In this document: piece after piece, positions 9,986 to 20,020 of the stretch | Layout: every line of letters starts with the position of its first letter | Position numbering within the stretch: the first letter of the stretch is position 1 | Virus record (IMG/VR): IMGVR_UViG_3300026484_000053 | Span: 1-64,000 of that record | From: a virus | DNA: 64,000 nucleotides | Direction: 5' to 3' (one strand) | Program-made: the position numbers and the translations under genes | The notes under the pieces: model-generated | What the model was told of the DNA's origin: nothing | Databases searched by the model: none | The model's input: only the letters and a program-made list of their open reading frames with translations

Positions 9986-11211
9986 TGGCAGTAATACAAA
10001 AAGAATTATCTAAAAAGAAAAAGAAATCTATAAGGGAATTCGTATCAGAAGAAGACGTATCTTTTCAGTTAACTCTTATTAGGTCTTCTAATATGCTTCT
10101 TGATAGATTAACAATTCCTGAAGAAGAATTAAAGCAACAATTTGAGATGAAAAAGCAAAAAGCAATAAAATCTTGGATAAAGAAAAGGAAAGATTCTATC
10201 GAAGAAGAATCTAATAACGGTGTATATGCAGCAGATTTCAATATCGAATATATATCTAAAAAAGAATTCCCTTCAGAAGAATCAATACGTAAAGAATTTG
10301 AAGAAGAAAGATCTCTTTACGTAAAATATTTACAGAATTTAGAATCAGACCCAGAAGAAGAATTCACTGACAAACATAAATCAGACCTTGAATACGTTAA
10401 CAAGTTAGTTCTTACAAGTAACGTATCAAAAGAAAGATTTGGTAATATACTTATTCTTATGACTCAGAACCTTACAAGAATGCCATCATTTGCTGGTTAT
10501 TCGAATAACTGGAAAGTTGACTTTATAAGCCAAGCTATAGAAAAGACTTTATTATATCTTAATAACTTTGACGCTAAAATACTTTCTAAAAGAACAGCTC
10601 AAAAGTCAAAAGCATTTGCTTACGTTACTCAAATATGCTTTAATGCTTTTATAGACATTATTAACAAACGTAAAAAAGAAGAGAATATGTTAAGAAATTG
10701 TGTATCTTACGAAAGTGCTCAATGGGATAATGTTAGAAATGTGCACGCAAAAGAAAAGAAATCAAAAGAATACATTGAAGTACAATCATTAGATATACAA
10801 TTAGAAGATGAAGAGTTACAACAGGTTATCGACGATGCTATAGAGATGTTTGTAACTAATAACCATATTATAGAAACAAACGTCGTTAAGCAGGGAGAAG
10901 TAGATTCGTATACGCCTGAAGACCTTAAAGACATTGAATGTTATAATTACGTTCAAGATCTAATAAAAGAAATTAAAATATCGCAAGAAAATCTTTTAAG
11001 TAAAAAACCTTTTGAAGTAATTACTATTATTAATAACAAAAGAAGAATATTCGATTACCCTCTTAAGGTTGATTTTAAAGGCTATACTATAAGAATTGAA
11101 AGACCAGTTCCAGAAGTTATAGATATAGAAGACATAGAACAGTTATCAGAAATTCAAAATATTAAGAAGCACTTTAAATTAGATGAAGTAGACTTTAACG
11201 AATGGGAATAA
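9985..11211 (+). CDS. gp55: T4 gp55-like late-transcription sigma factor with N- and C-terminal extensions
   Basis: MPSFAGYSNNWKVDFISQAIE...LNNFD...AFAYVTQICFNAF matches the gp55 core (FSGY..WK.EMI...HNFD...HAYITQACFNAF, from memory); sits next to gp47/46 as in T4. Confidence 0.8.
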   Translation: MAVIQKELSKKKKKSIREFVSEEDVSFQLTLIRSSNMLLDRLTIPEEELKQQFEMKKQKAIKSWIKKRKDSIEEESNNGVYAADFNIEYISKKEFPSEESIRKEFEEERSLYVKYLQNLESDPEEEFTDKHKSDLEYVNKLVLTSNVSKERFGNILILMTQNLTRMPSFAGYSNNWKVDFISQAIEKTLLYLNNFDAKILSKRTAQKSKAFAYVTQICFNAFIDIINKRKKEENMLRNCVSYESAQWDNVRNVHAKEKKSKEYIEVQSLDIQLEDEELQQVIDDAIEMFVTNNHIIETNVVKQGEVDSYTPEDLKDIECYNYVQDLIKEIKISQENLLSKKPFEVITIINNKRRIFDYPLKVDFKGYTIRIERPVPEVIDIEDIEQLSEIQNIKKHFKLDEVDFNEWE

Positions 11212-11212
11212 A

Positions 11213-12313
11213 ATGAGAGAATTAGGTAGAACAATTATAGTAGGCGACACGCACTTTGGTATAAAAAGATTTTCTATAAACGTTCTTGAAGAGCAATTAA
11301 AGTTATGGGAAGTTCAAATATTTCCATACATGCTTGAAAATGGTATTACTGAAATATTCCAATTAGGAGATCTTTTCGATAACAGAACAATGGCTAATAT
11401 CAAATTTTTAGATACTTTACAGAAAAAATTCTTTGACGTTATTAAAGAAAATGGATTTACATTACACTCTCTTTTAGGTAATCATGATATATTTGAACGT
11501 GACTCTAGAGAAATATCTATAGTACAAACATTTCAAAAACTATATCCTTTGAACTTTATTTCTTATAAGAATAAAGAGCATATAATGTTAGCAGGTTGTC
11601 CTACATTAGTACAACCATGGATATGTTCTGACGAAGAATTAGATCATAATGACCTTATCGGTCAGACGCACGTTCTTGGGCATTTCGAAATAAGAGATTT
11701 TAGTGTTGTAAAAGGTCACGTAGATAAAGATTCTAAGCTAAGTAAAGAATCTTTTAAAGGTCTTGAAGTTTATTCAGGCCATTATCATTTAAGAAACGTA
11801 GAGCACCATGTTAAATATCTTGGTACTCCAACATACCTTAACTGGAACGATTTTTCTGAAATAAAAGGATTCTACGATTTTGATGGTGAACTAACTTTTA
11901 TACAGAATATCAGCACTAAAAAGTATGTTAAAGTAATATACAACGACACTGATGACGACAAAGAAATAGAAGTGCAAGGATTGTTCAATAAACATAAAAT
12001 ATTTAACCACCAAGAATTCAAAGATATAATTCCTTATTTAGAACAACATGAAGTAAAATTTATAATTTCAAAGTCTAAAACTAAAGCATTTGACGATGTT
12101 ATACAAGATTTAAAAGAGCAGAATGTTCAACCAAGCGTTATTAATCAGCAAGAGGTTAATATAATACTGCATATAGATGAAGATATGAACGAGAATCTTA
12201 AAGGTTCAGAAGAGTTAATAATAGACTCATTAAAAAGCCACAATCCACTATTAGTTAAAGAAGCTATGTCTATACTAACAGAAATTAGAACAGAGTCAAA
12301 AGGAGACGAATAA
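11213..12313 (+). CDS. gp47: gp47-like recombination nuclease (Mre11/SbcD family)
   Basis: GDTHFG, GDLFD, LGNHD, GHFE and SGHYH phosphoesterase motifs. Confidence 0.9.
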   Translation: MRELGRTIIVGDTHFGIKRFSINVLEEQLKLWEVQIFPYMLENGITEIFQLGDLFDNRTMANIKFLDTLQKKFFDVIKENGFTLHSLLGNHDIFERDSREISIVQTFQKLYPLNFISYKNKEHIMLAGCPTLVQPWICSDEELDHNDLIGQTHVLGHFEIRDFSVVKGHVDKDSKLSKESFKGLEVYSGHYHLRNVEHHVKYLGTPTYLNWNDFSEIKGFYDFDGELTFIQNISTKKYVKVIYNDTDDDKEIEVQGLFNKHKIFNHQEFKDIIPYLEQHEVKFIISKSKTKAFDDVIQDLKEQNVQPSVINQQEVNIILHIDEDMNENLKGSEELIIDSLKSHNPLLVKEAMSILTEIRTESKGDE

Positions 12314-14065
12314 TTGAATATTGTATTTAAAAAATTAAAATTTAAAAATATACTTTCGTACGGTGAAGAGATGCAAGAAGTAGACTTTGAGAATGGATTA
12401 GACCTTCTCGCTGGTAAAAATGGAAATGGAAAATCGGCCATCTCAGATTCTCTGTTCTACGTACTATTTGGTAAAGCTTTTAGAAAGATAAAAACAGCCA
12501 GACTTATAAACAGTACTTCTAAAGGCCAATTATTAACTGAACTTGATTTTTCTGTAGACGATAAAGCGTACAGAATTAAAAGAGCTATGCGCCCTTATAG
12601 ATTTGAAATTTACAAGACAAACAAAGACGGTACTGAAGAAATAATAGCACAACAAGCTGCTACTAAAGATTACCAAAGAATGCTTGAAGAAGAGATTATA
12701 AAAATAAATGAGACAGTATTTAGGCAGCTTATTATTCTTGGTGCGAATATACCCCAATCTAAACCATTTATGGAACTTAATAAAAGAGAAAAGGAGCACT
12801 TATTCCAACTTCTTACAGATACATCTGTATTTGGTAAATTTAACGAAATACTTTCTATTAGACGTAACGCACTTAAAAACACTTTAAAAGACCAAGAATG
12901 GAGACTAGAACAGATAAAAGCATCACTAGAATCTGAACAAAGAACTATTAGCTCATTAGAAGAGCAGAATGAGCTAATAGAACAACATAAGCAGTCAAGT
13001 ATAGACCAATTAGAACTTAAAAAACTAAGAACAGAAGCTGGTATAGTTAAGTTAAAAGAAGGTCTTAGTAAGTTAATTGCTATAAAAGAAGATTATGATA
13101 GCGCAGAACAAAGTAGAATAGCACTACAGAATGATTTAAGCATTAATAAAGCCGCTCTTGTAAATCTTAAATCAGATTTACACAAAATACAAATTAAAGA
13201 AACGAACGTAATTAAGTGTCTTAAGTGCAACGAAATTAATTACGTTAAAGATAATGGTGCAGACGTATCTAAAAAAGAGCATATTATTAAAGACATCGAA
13301 GATTTAAATGCTTTAATCTCAAATAAAAATATAGACTTAAATAATTTTATAGAAGAATCTAGGCTGTTAAAAGATAAGCTTTTAAGTGGTAAAAGAGTTA
13401 AGGATAATTTAACTCAATTTAACAATGATTTGCTGCATTACTCTTCAGAGATTGAGAATCTTAAAAATTCAAGACCTATTGTAATACGATACGATTTGTT
13501 AGAAGAAAAAAAATTAGAATACGTTGAGTTATCTAACAACGTTAAAATAAACTCTTCTAAAATGATGGATTACGAAGAGATCAAAGCTGTAGTAGATGAT
13601 GGCGGACTTAAGTCAGTAGTTATTAAACAGCAAGTACCGCTTTTAAATAAAAAGATAAACGAGTTCCTGGAACTATTTAGTTTGCAAGAATATTCATTTG
13701 TAGTAGACGAGAACTTTAATGAGAAGATTATCTCTAAAGACGCTTCAGATGGAGAATTTAATGAATTAAGTAACGGACAAAAGGCAAGAATATCTTTTAG
13801 TATAATGTTTGCTTTTCTTAAATTAATAGAAGAAAGAAACGGTGTTAACATAAACGTTATGATTTTAGATGAGGTTCTTGATAGTTCAGTAGATTCAAAT
13901 GGAAGAGAAGAGCTATTAGATATACTTAGCAATCAATTCAGAGACAAGAAAAACGTTATAATTATATCACATAACGACGAGATAAAAGAAAAATTAGAAG
14001 TATTTAATAGAGTATTTAATATACATAAAGAAGACTACTCAAGTATAGAATGTACAATACTTTAG
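12314..14065 (+). CDS. gp46: gp46-like recombination ATPase (Rad50/SbcC family)
   Basis: Walker A GKNGNGKS, zinc hook CLKC, LSNGQ signature, ILDEVLD, H-loop ISH. Confidence 0.92.
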   Translation: MNIVFKKLKFKNILSYGEEMQEVDFENGLDLLAGKNGNGKSAISDSLFYVLFGKAFRKIKTARLINSTSKGQLLTELDFSVDDKAYRIKRAMRPYRFEIYKTNKDGTEEIIAQQAATKDYQRMLEEEIIKINETVFRQLIILGANIPQSKPFMELNKREKEHLFQLLTDTSVFGKFNEILSIRRNALKNTLKDQEWRLEQIKASLESEQRTISSLEEQNELIEQHKQSSIDQLELKKLRTEAGIVKLKEGLSKLIAIKEDYDSAEQSRIALQNDLSINKAALVNLKSDLHKIQIKETNVIKCLKCNEINYVKDNGADVSKKEHIIKDIEDLNALISNKNIDLNNFIEESRLLKDKLLSGKRVKDNLTQFNNDLLHYSSEIENLKNSRPIVIRYDLLEEKKLEYVELSNNVKINSSKMMDYEEIKAVVDDGGLKSVVIKQQVPLLNKKINEFLELFSLQEYSFVVDENFNEKIISKDASDGEFNELSNGQKARISFSIMFAFLKLIEERNGVNINVMILDEVLDSSVDSNGREELLDILSNQFRDKKNVIIISHNDEIKEKLEVFNRVFNIHKEDYSSIECTIL

Positions 14066-14137
14066 TTAGCACTTGATATAATATACTTTAAATACAACTT
14101 AAACGCTTAAACGCTTAAACACTTAAAGAGGAAAAAT

Positions 14138-14668
14138 ATGAAAATAATAATAGAGGGTATAGACAATGTTGGAAAAGACACGCAAATAAGAAACATTATC
14201 AAACATTTTGAAGTACCATTCCAGGTACTTCATTATTACGGATGCCCAATTAAAAACGCTGGCATGAACATAAAATTTACTAAAAAATTGTATCAAGACA
14301 TGTTCTGGAATATAAAAGAAAACGACTATGTTATCTGTAACAGAAGCCATCTTGGCGAGACAGTATATGCACCAATATATCGTTCTTTAGGAGCTGACTG
14401 GATTTTTAATCTAGAGAAAGAATATACAGACGCTTATGACGACTTAATTCTGATAACTATTATCGATAAAGCTAAGAACGTTATTAAAAGAGACGATGGT
14501 TTATCTCTTAGTACAGATAAAAAGCAAAAGAAATTAGAGATTAGTATGTTTAAACAAGCTCATGAAAAATCAAGCATTCAGAACAAGCTTCTAATAAACA
14601 TAAACGGAAAAGACGAGCAAGAAGTTAAAAAAGAAATTATAAACTTCATAGAAACGATAAAAGGATAA
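14138..14668 (+). CDS. deoxynucleoside monophosphate/thymidylate kinase family
   Basis: IIEGIDNVGKDT P-loop and NRSHLGE; directly upstream of the gp42-like gene. Confidence 0.8.
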   Translation: MKIIIEGIDNVGKDTQIRNIIKHFEVPFQVLHYYGCPIKNAGMNIKFTKKLYQDMFWNIKENDYVICNRSHLGETVYAPIYRSLGADWIFNLEKEYTDAYDDLILITIIDKAKNVIKRDDGLSLSTDKKQKKLEISMFKQAHEKSSIQNKLLININGKDEQEVKKEIINFIETIKG

Positions 14669-14670
14669 AC

Positions 14671-15357
14671 ATGCCACAACAAACGCAACAAACGCACCAC
14701 ACGCAACGCATGCAAACATTAAAAGATATTAGACAAGAACTAAAAAGTAAGTACAGTAATAACGACTTCGTTATTGACAAAACAGGTGCTAAAATGGTTG
14801 AAATTATAGGAGCTACATTTATAGCTGATGAAGAAAGCATACTTAGAGATACGTCTCACGAGTACGTACAACGTGAGTTAGAATGGTATAAGTCGCAATC
14901 TTTATACGTAGAAGACATACCAGGAACGACACCTGCTATATGGAATCAAGTTTCTAATACAGACGGCATGATAAACTCAAATTACGGTTGGTGTATCTTT
15001 AGTAATGAAAACGGTAACCAGTATAAAAATGTTAAGAGAGAATTAGAAAGATCTCCGTTGTCTAGACGAGCATCTATGATATATACAAGACCTTCAATGC
15101 ACAAGGATTTTAATAAAGATGGAATGTCTGACTTTATGTGCACGTATGGTAACTCTTTCTTCATTAGAGACAATAAGTTACACAGTCATTACATAATGAG
15201 ATCTAATGACGCTGTATTTGGATATAATAACGACTACGCTTGGGCATTATACGTACAAGACAAACTAGCAAAAGACTTAGATGTACAAGTTGGCGACATT
15301 ATATGGACAGCTAGTAATTTACACGTTTATGAACGTCACTTTGAATATTTAAAATAG
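14671..15357 (+). CDS. gp42: dCMP hydroxymethylase (T4 gp42-like)
   Basis: DKTGAKMVEIIGATFIADE, RELEWYKS, INSNYGW, MIYTRPSM, KDGMSDFMCT and RSNDAVFGYNNDYAW closely match T4 gp42 as recalled. Asp sits at the position that is Asn177 in dUMP-specific ThyA; ThyX is encoded separately. Confidence 0.9.
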   Translation: MPQQTQQTHHTQRMQTLKDIRQELKSKYSNNDFVIDKTGAKMVEIIGATFIADEESILRDTSHEYVQRELEWYKSQSLYVEDIPGTTPAIWNQVSNTDGMINSNYGWCIFSNENGNQYKNVKRELERSPLSRRASMIYTRPSMHKDFNKDGMSDFMCTYGNSFFIRDNKLHSHYIMRSNDAVFGYNNDYAWALYVQDKLAKDLDVQVGDIIWTASNLHVYERHFEYLK

Positions 15358-15368
15358 ACATACCAACG

Positions 15369-15384
15369 TAGCGCTATTGCGCTA
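15369..15384 (+). terminator. short hairpin TAGCGC-TATT-GCGCTA after gp42
   Basis: 6-bp stem, no U-tract. Confidence 0.3.
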
Positions 15385-15404
15385 TAGAGGAATAAAGGAA
15401 TAAA

Positions 15405-15683
15405 ATGATAGATGAAAAAATAATAGAAGCGCATAACAGAAAAGATACTGCGCAATTTCTTGAAGATCTTTATAAGTTTAAAGAAGAAGTAGCACATGAT
15501 TTATCTCTTATGGATTCTATAATAGAATACTGTAATAGATTTGACATGGATATTACGAAGGTAGGTGAAATGCTCGCTGACCATAAAGAGTTTAAAGAGA
15601 TATTCGAGAAAAGTATTACAAAAACAAAGTATTACCAAGGCGGCGAAATAGAAATAGAAATGGATGAAGAAGAGTGGTTATAA
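15405..15683 (+). CDS. gp33: gp33-like late-transcription coactivator
   Basis: LSLMDSIIEYCNRFDMDI pattern, size, adjacency to a gp59-like gene, acidic C-terminal tail EEEWL. Confidence 0.55.
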   Translation: MIDEKIIEAHNRKDTAQFLEDLYKFKEEVAHDLSLMDSIIEYCNRFDMDITKVGEMLADHKEFKEIFEKSITKTKYYQGGEIEIEMDEEEWL

Positions 15684-16256
15684 ATGGATTACGACGTTCT
15701 TTATAATATTCATGCAGGAATATGGACTTCGTTTAACAATAAACAAAAACAAAAGCTGTTTAGTGTTAAACATGGTAATAAAAAGAAAGAAGAATTTAGA
15801 GTCTTCTTCTCTCCTAAATTTGAAACATTTACAAGAGAGAATTTCGTAACCACTTGCCTTTACATACAATTCATTAAAAAACCTAGCTCTTTAATGAGTT
15901 CGGCAATACTGCTAAAAGATATGTTAGACAATAATGGAAGAATAATAAAAGAGATATTAGACTGGAAAACAGAAATAATACACTACGCTAAGTTTATAAA
16001 AGAAGATATAGAATTTATACGTGCTACAGGTGATACATCTGTGCAAAATATTTTGCAGCTGTATTATACAGGTAAAATAAGATTTTATACTTTTTATTTT
16101 TATCTTGAGGTTAAAAAAGTAGATATGGAAAAAATGTCACAATCGAGAGTTACTGGATATCTTATTAAAGATATTGAAAAACTCATGGTGTATGTCACGT
16201 TTAAAGAAGAATCTAAAAAGAAAATAAAAGATCTTATAGACGAGTATGTAATATAA
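15684..16256 (+). CDS. gp59: gp59-like helicase loader
   Basis: ILQLYYTGKIRFYTF resembles gp59 FKLLQSNIISFETF; position after the gp33-like gene. Confidence 0.5.
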   Translation: MDYDVLYNIHAGIWTSFNNKQKQKLFSVKHGNKKKEEFRVFFSPKFETFTRENFVTTCLYIQFIKKPSSLMSSAILLKDMLDNNGRIIKEILDWKTEIIHYAKFIKEDIEFIRATGDTSVQNILQLYYTGKIRFYTFYFYLEVKKVDMEKMSQSRVTGYLIKDIEKLMVYVTFKEESKKKIKDLIDEYVI

Positions 16257-16284
16257 TATACTATAAACAATTTAAAGGAAACAA

Positions 16285-17280
16285 ATGGAAGAACAAAAGC
16301 AACAGCAGCACCCAGGATATATGAAAAAAGTACATGAAGACGAATATATATGGGCTGAAAAGTACAGACCACAAGACGTTGAAGATATCATTTTACCGCT
16401 TAAAATGAAAACAAAATTTGCTAATTACATTAAAAATGGCGAAATGCCTAATATTATGCTTTACTCAAACTCGCCAGGTGTAGGTAAATCGTCGTTAGCG
16501 CACTGCGTAGTTAAAAATGATGATTTTGATACTATGCAAATTAATGCTTCGCAAGATAGAGGTATAGACACTTACAAAGGTGTAGTAAGAGAATTTATAC
16601 AAAGCGTATCAATAGATGGCGAAAGAAAGGTAGTTATTCTTGAAGAGTCAGATTCTATGACTGGTCCAGCTCAAGCACAATTACGGGCACTGGTTGAGGA
16701 ATTCAGTACTGGAAGTTCGTTTATCTTTACTTGTAACTATCCTGAACAAATTATCGAACCTATTAGAAACAGATGTCAACAATATGATTTTGACAAGATA
16801 TTCCATTCTAAAGATACTAAAAAAGAATTAGCGCAGCAAATGTATAACAGATTAAGATGGATTTTAGATAAAGAAAACATATCTTACGAAGCAAAGCAGT
16901 TACAGCCAATAATTACTAACTGTTATCCAAGTATGAGAGAAATGACTATACTTATTCAACAGTTCAGCACAGATGGAAAATTAGATGTATCAGAAGATCA
17001 GATTAATGCTAATAACCTTCTTAAAGAAATTTTAGATCTTACTAAAGCTAAGAATTTTACAATGTTAAGAAAAAAGATAAATGACTTAGATAACACAAGC
17101 GCATTATTTAGCTACGTGTATAAAACATTAGATGAAACGTTTACAGACGAATGTATACCGCAAGTTGTTATTATTACAGCTAAATATGCAGATATGGATT
17201 CGCATGCTAGAGACGGAGTAATAAACGTTGCTGCATTCTGCGTAGAGCTTATGAGTACTCCTAGTATCATTTTTAAATAA
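16285..17280 (+). CDS. gp44: gp44-like clamp loader ATPase subunit
   Basis: WAEKYRP, SPGVGKS, INAS, ILEESD, FIFTCN, IRNRC. Confidence 0.92.
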   Translation: MEEQKQQQHPGYMKKVHEDEYIWAEKYRPQDVEDIILPLKMKTKFANYIKNGEMPNIMLYSNSPGVGKSSLAHCVVKNDDFDTMQINASQDRGIDTYKGVVREFIQSVSIDGERKVVILEESDSMTGPAQAQLRALVEEFSTGSSFIFTCNYPEQIIEPIRNRCQQYDFDKIFHSKDTKKELAQQMYNRLRWILDKENISYEAKQLQPIITNCYPSMREMTILIQQFSTDGKLDVSEDQINANNLLKEILDLTKAKNFTMLRKKINDLDNTSALFSYVYKTLDETFTDECIPQVVIITAKYADMDSHARDGVINVAAFCVELMSTPSIIFK

Positions 17281-17303
17281 ATATTACTAAAAAGGAGCAA
17301 TTC

Positions 17304-17597
17304 ATGAAAACATTTTTTGAATGGTTAGAGCAAGACGCGTCAAGAGGTAGAAAGGTAGTACTTATGGGAACAATATTCATGTGGATGATGATTACTGTAG
17401 GATTATTTTTCCAACCTATATTTATGGCAAGTGCCGTATCAGCAGGAGCATTAGATTATTACGTAGTACTTAGCGGTATTGTAGCGTCTTTATTTGCTTT
17501 CTATACTGGTACAAGTTCTAAGAAGACAGATGCTAAAATGGATAAAGTAATGGATGCTGTACTTGACGAAGTAGTTAAGAAGATAGAAAAGAAATAG
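17304..17597 (+). CDS. two-TM membrane protein, possible holin
   Basis: Two hydrophobic helices and a charged C-terminus; AATAAATA late-type promoter upstream. Confidence 0.4.
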   Translation: MKTFFEWLEQDASRGRKVVLMGTIFMWMMITVGLFFQPIFMASAVSAGALDYYVVLSGIVASLFAFYTGTSSKKTDAKMDKVMDAVLDEVVKKIEKK

Positions 17598-17658
17598 GAC
17601 GCATGCTAGTGACAGTGACGTTGGGAATAAATAAGTTAAGTAAAAATAGGAGATAAGA

Positions 17659-17892
17659 ATGAAGACAGTTAGAGAAATATTTTTAGAAAAAGGGAAAAGT
17701 AGACAACATAGTGTTGCATTTGATATTATAAGAGATGGAGAAAATTTATTTTCTACCAATGCTGATAATGGGGCTGACCAAGTAGATAAAAAATTATCTC
17801 AGCTTAAATTTAAGAAAATAATAAAAGATTTAAAAATAATTAGAACATATGACGGTAATACTGAAGATGTAACTAAACTTTTTATTAAGTAG
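17659..17892 (+). CDS. hypothetical protein
   Basis: AGGAG RBS; ATAAATA upstream. Confidence 0.6.
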   Translation: MKTVREIFLEKGKSRQHSVAFDIIRDGENLFSTNADNGADQVDKKLSQLKFKKIIKDLKIIRTYDGNTEDVTKLFIK

Positions 17893-17899
17893 GTTTATA

Positions 17900-18253
17900 A
17901 TGACCTGGTTATTAAACATATTTGGTAATATTAAAAATATAGCTATGGCTTTAGGTAGCATATTTCTAGGAGCATATGTAGTTAAACAAAAATACAATGC
18001 ATATCAAGCAGAAAGTAAATTAAAAAATATTGAAAATAAAATAGCTAAAACCAATGTTCAAGTAGCAAAAACTAAAGCTAAAGCAAAGGCTCAAGCAATT
18101 AAAGCAGAAACAACGGCAGAAGTTGAAGTTCTTAGAGAATTAAAAAAAGAATCTAAGAAAGTTCAAAAAGAAATGCAAGTTATTGAGAAGAAAATCAAAC
18201 AAGCTGAAGCACAGAAAACTACAACCAGAGCAAAAATAACCGTAGAAGCGTAG
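17900..18253 (+). CDS. N-terminal TM plus coiled coil, possible i-spanin
   Basis: One TM segment followed by an Ala/Lys-rich helix. Confidence 0.4.
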   Translation: MTWLLNIFGNIKNIAMALGSIFLGAYVVKQKYNAYQAESKLKNIENKIAKTNVQVAKTKAKAKAQAIKAETTAEVEVLRELKKESKKVQKEMQVIEKKIKQAEAQKTTTRAKITVEA

Positions 18254-18266
18254 AAGCGTAGAAGCG
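18243..18266. repeat. 8-bp tandem TAGAAGCG x3 duplicating the stop-codon region
   Basis: Read directly. Confidence 0.9.
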
Positions 18267-18443
18267 TAGAGTTTTAGTGCAGACAGGTTACAAGAAGATG
18301 GAGCCAACGTAGTAATCGTTTCTGAAACAAAAGATATGCATATCATTTACTTTAATAAGTTAGATAAAGTATTAGCTTACCATAACGATCTAATTAGTGA
18401 AAACGAGTCGTTACTTACAATGCTATACATAAAAGGATAAAAC

Positions 18444-18833
18444 ATGAAGAAAATATTACCACTAACGTTAATGGCATTAATAACATTAGCAATGCTGACC
18501 ATGTCAGCATGTGCAGATAAAAGACTTATATTAGTGCCACAATCAGAATACTATCCGACTTTTCCAACACAGGACTTTAAAAAGTCTAAGAAAGTTAAGT
18601 TAGACATGTACGTAGAACAAGAAGATGTGAATGGTACCACTATAACTTACCTGGTGACTCGAAAAGAAGACATGATGTCTTTTATAAAAGACACAAAGGA
18701 ACTCAGAAGCAATTACAATGTTCTGTTAAGAAAGATTAACGAGTTTAATCTAAAAATTAAAGAGCAAAATAGAATACAGAATGAGAAAAAACCGACAGAG
18801 ATAGAATCAATAGATGATTCTTGGTACAAATAA
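18444..18833 (+). CDS. predicted lipoprotein, possible o-spanin
   Basis: Signal peptide ending LTMSA-C. Confidence 0.45.
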   Translation: MKKILPLTLMALITLAMLTMSACADKRLILVPQSEYYPTFPTQDFKKSKKVKLDMYVEQEDVNGTTITYLVTRKEDMMSFIKDTKELRSNYNVLLRKINEFNLKIKEQNRIQNEKKPTEIESIDDSWYK

Positions 18834-18850
18834 AACACGAAAGGACATAG

Positions 18851-20020
18851 ATGTCTACAATTAACAAACAGGTAATAACAACGGTAATTAAAGATTCATA
18901 TTCTGAAACTGCCGATGTTATGTACGAACAAAATCTTATAAGTAAGTATAACAGAGCGTTTACTGATATAACATTTAAGCCAGAAAAATTTGATGACATT
19001 GTCGAATTAATTAAAAACGAAACATCAATTATACCTTTAGTATTACCCACTAAAGACGAGAAACTTACGCAAATGGTGGAGTTTGTTAACGATGAAATAA
19101 AATTAGTCGTTACGTTATGGAATGCTGGACAAAATGCATCAGTAGACATGTACTTCCAAAACCTAGAAGACTCGCTTGACTTATACACAAAAATATTTAA
19201 TGAATCTAGTGTAGAAGATGACGGTAGCATAATAACTCTAATAAATCTTGGTTATAATGCACAAAGACAACTTGAAAAACAAATCAGCCTTAAAACTGCT
19301 TCAGAATTTGAAAAAACAGATAATGATTATTATCCTTATATAGATACAGATTTATTGTTCGACCAATTTAACGCTTCTGATAGCGATATCTTAGTATGTA
19401 CAGGAGAACCTGGTGTAGGTAAAACTAAGATAGTTAACTCATACATTAAAAAAGCCTGTAAAGAAACGTCAGATGAGGATATAAATGTTCTAATAGTAAA
19501 GAATGAAGATATTTTGGCTGACGACGCATTTTGGGCAATGGTAAGGGACGAAGATGTTAATATGGTTGTTTTAGATGATCTTGACTACGGATTACTACCT
19601 AGAACGCAAGATATTTCAAGTAACGAAGATGTGCGTAAGAACCAATTTATCAGTAATCTTTTAAGCTTTACAGATGGTATAGACAAAGGTATGAGAAAGC
19701 CTATTAAATGGATTATTACCACTAACAGAGAAGTTAAAGACATAGACAGTGCAATTATGAGAAGAGGTAGAACTTTTGATGTACTTAAACTTAGAAAACT
19801 TACTAAAGAAGAAGGTCTAGTAATATGGAAGAAGCATTTAGCTGAAGAAGATTACACACAATTTGCTACATCAGAGCATATACTACAAGCAGATTTAGGA
19901 AGTGAAATACAGTTAAGATTAACTATAAGCGATAAATCAAAACTTAATTCTTACTTAAAAGAACCTGGCATTTCACTTATGAATACTTTTATAGGATCAG
20001 AAATTAAACTTGGTCTTTAA
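18851..20020 (+). CDS. AAA+ ATPase
   Basis: GEPGVGKT, VVLDDLD, IITTN, AIMRRGR. Confidence 0.85.
   Translation: MSTINKQVITTVIKDSYSETADVMYEQNLISKYNRAFTDITFKPEKFDDIVELIKNETSIIPLVLPTKDEKLTQMVEFVNDEIKLVVTLWNAGQNASVDMYFQNLEDSLDLYTKIFNESSVEDDGSIITLINLGYNAQRQLEKQISLKTASEFEKTDNDYYPYIDTDLLFDQFNASDSDILVCTGEPGVGKTKIVNSYIKKACKETSDEDINVLIVKNEDILADDAFWAMVRDEDVNMVVLDDLDYGLLPRTQDISSNEDVRKNQFISNLLSFTDGIDKGMRKPIKWIITTNREVKDIDSAIMRRGRTFDVLKLRKLTKEEGLVIWKKHLAEEDYTQFATSEHILQADLGSEIQLRLTISDKSKLNSYLKEPGISLMNTFIGSEIKLGL

Noticed and set aside
14671-15357. Ordinary thymidylate synthase ThyA
   Set aside because: It has Asp at the pyrimidine-specificity position and gp42-specific motifs; ThyX is present separately.
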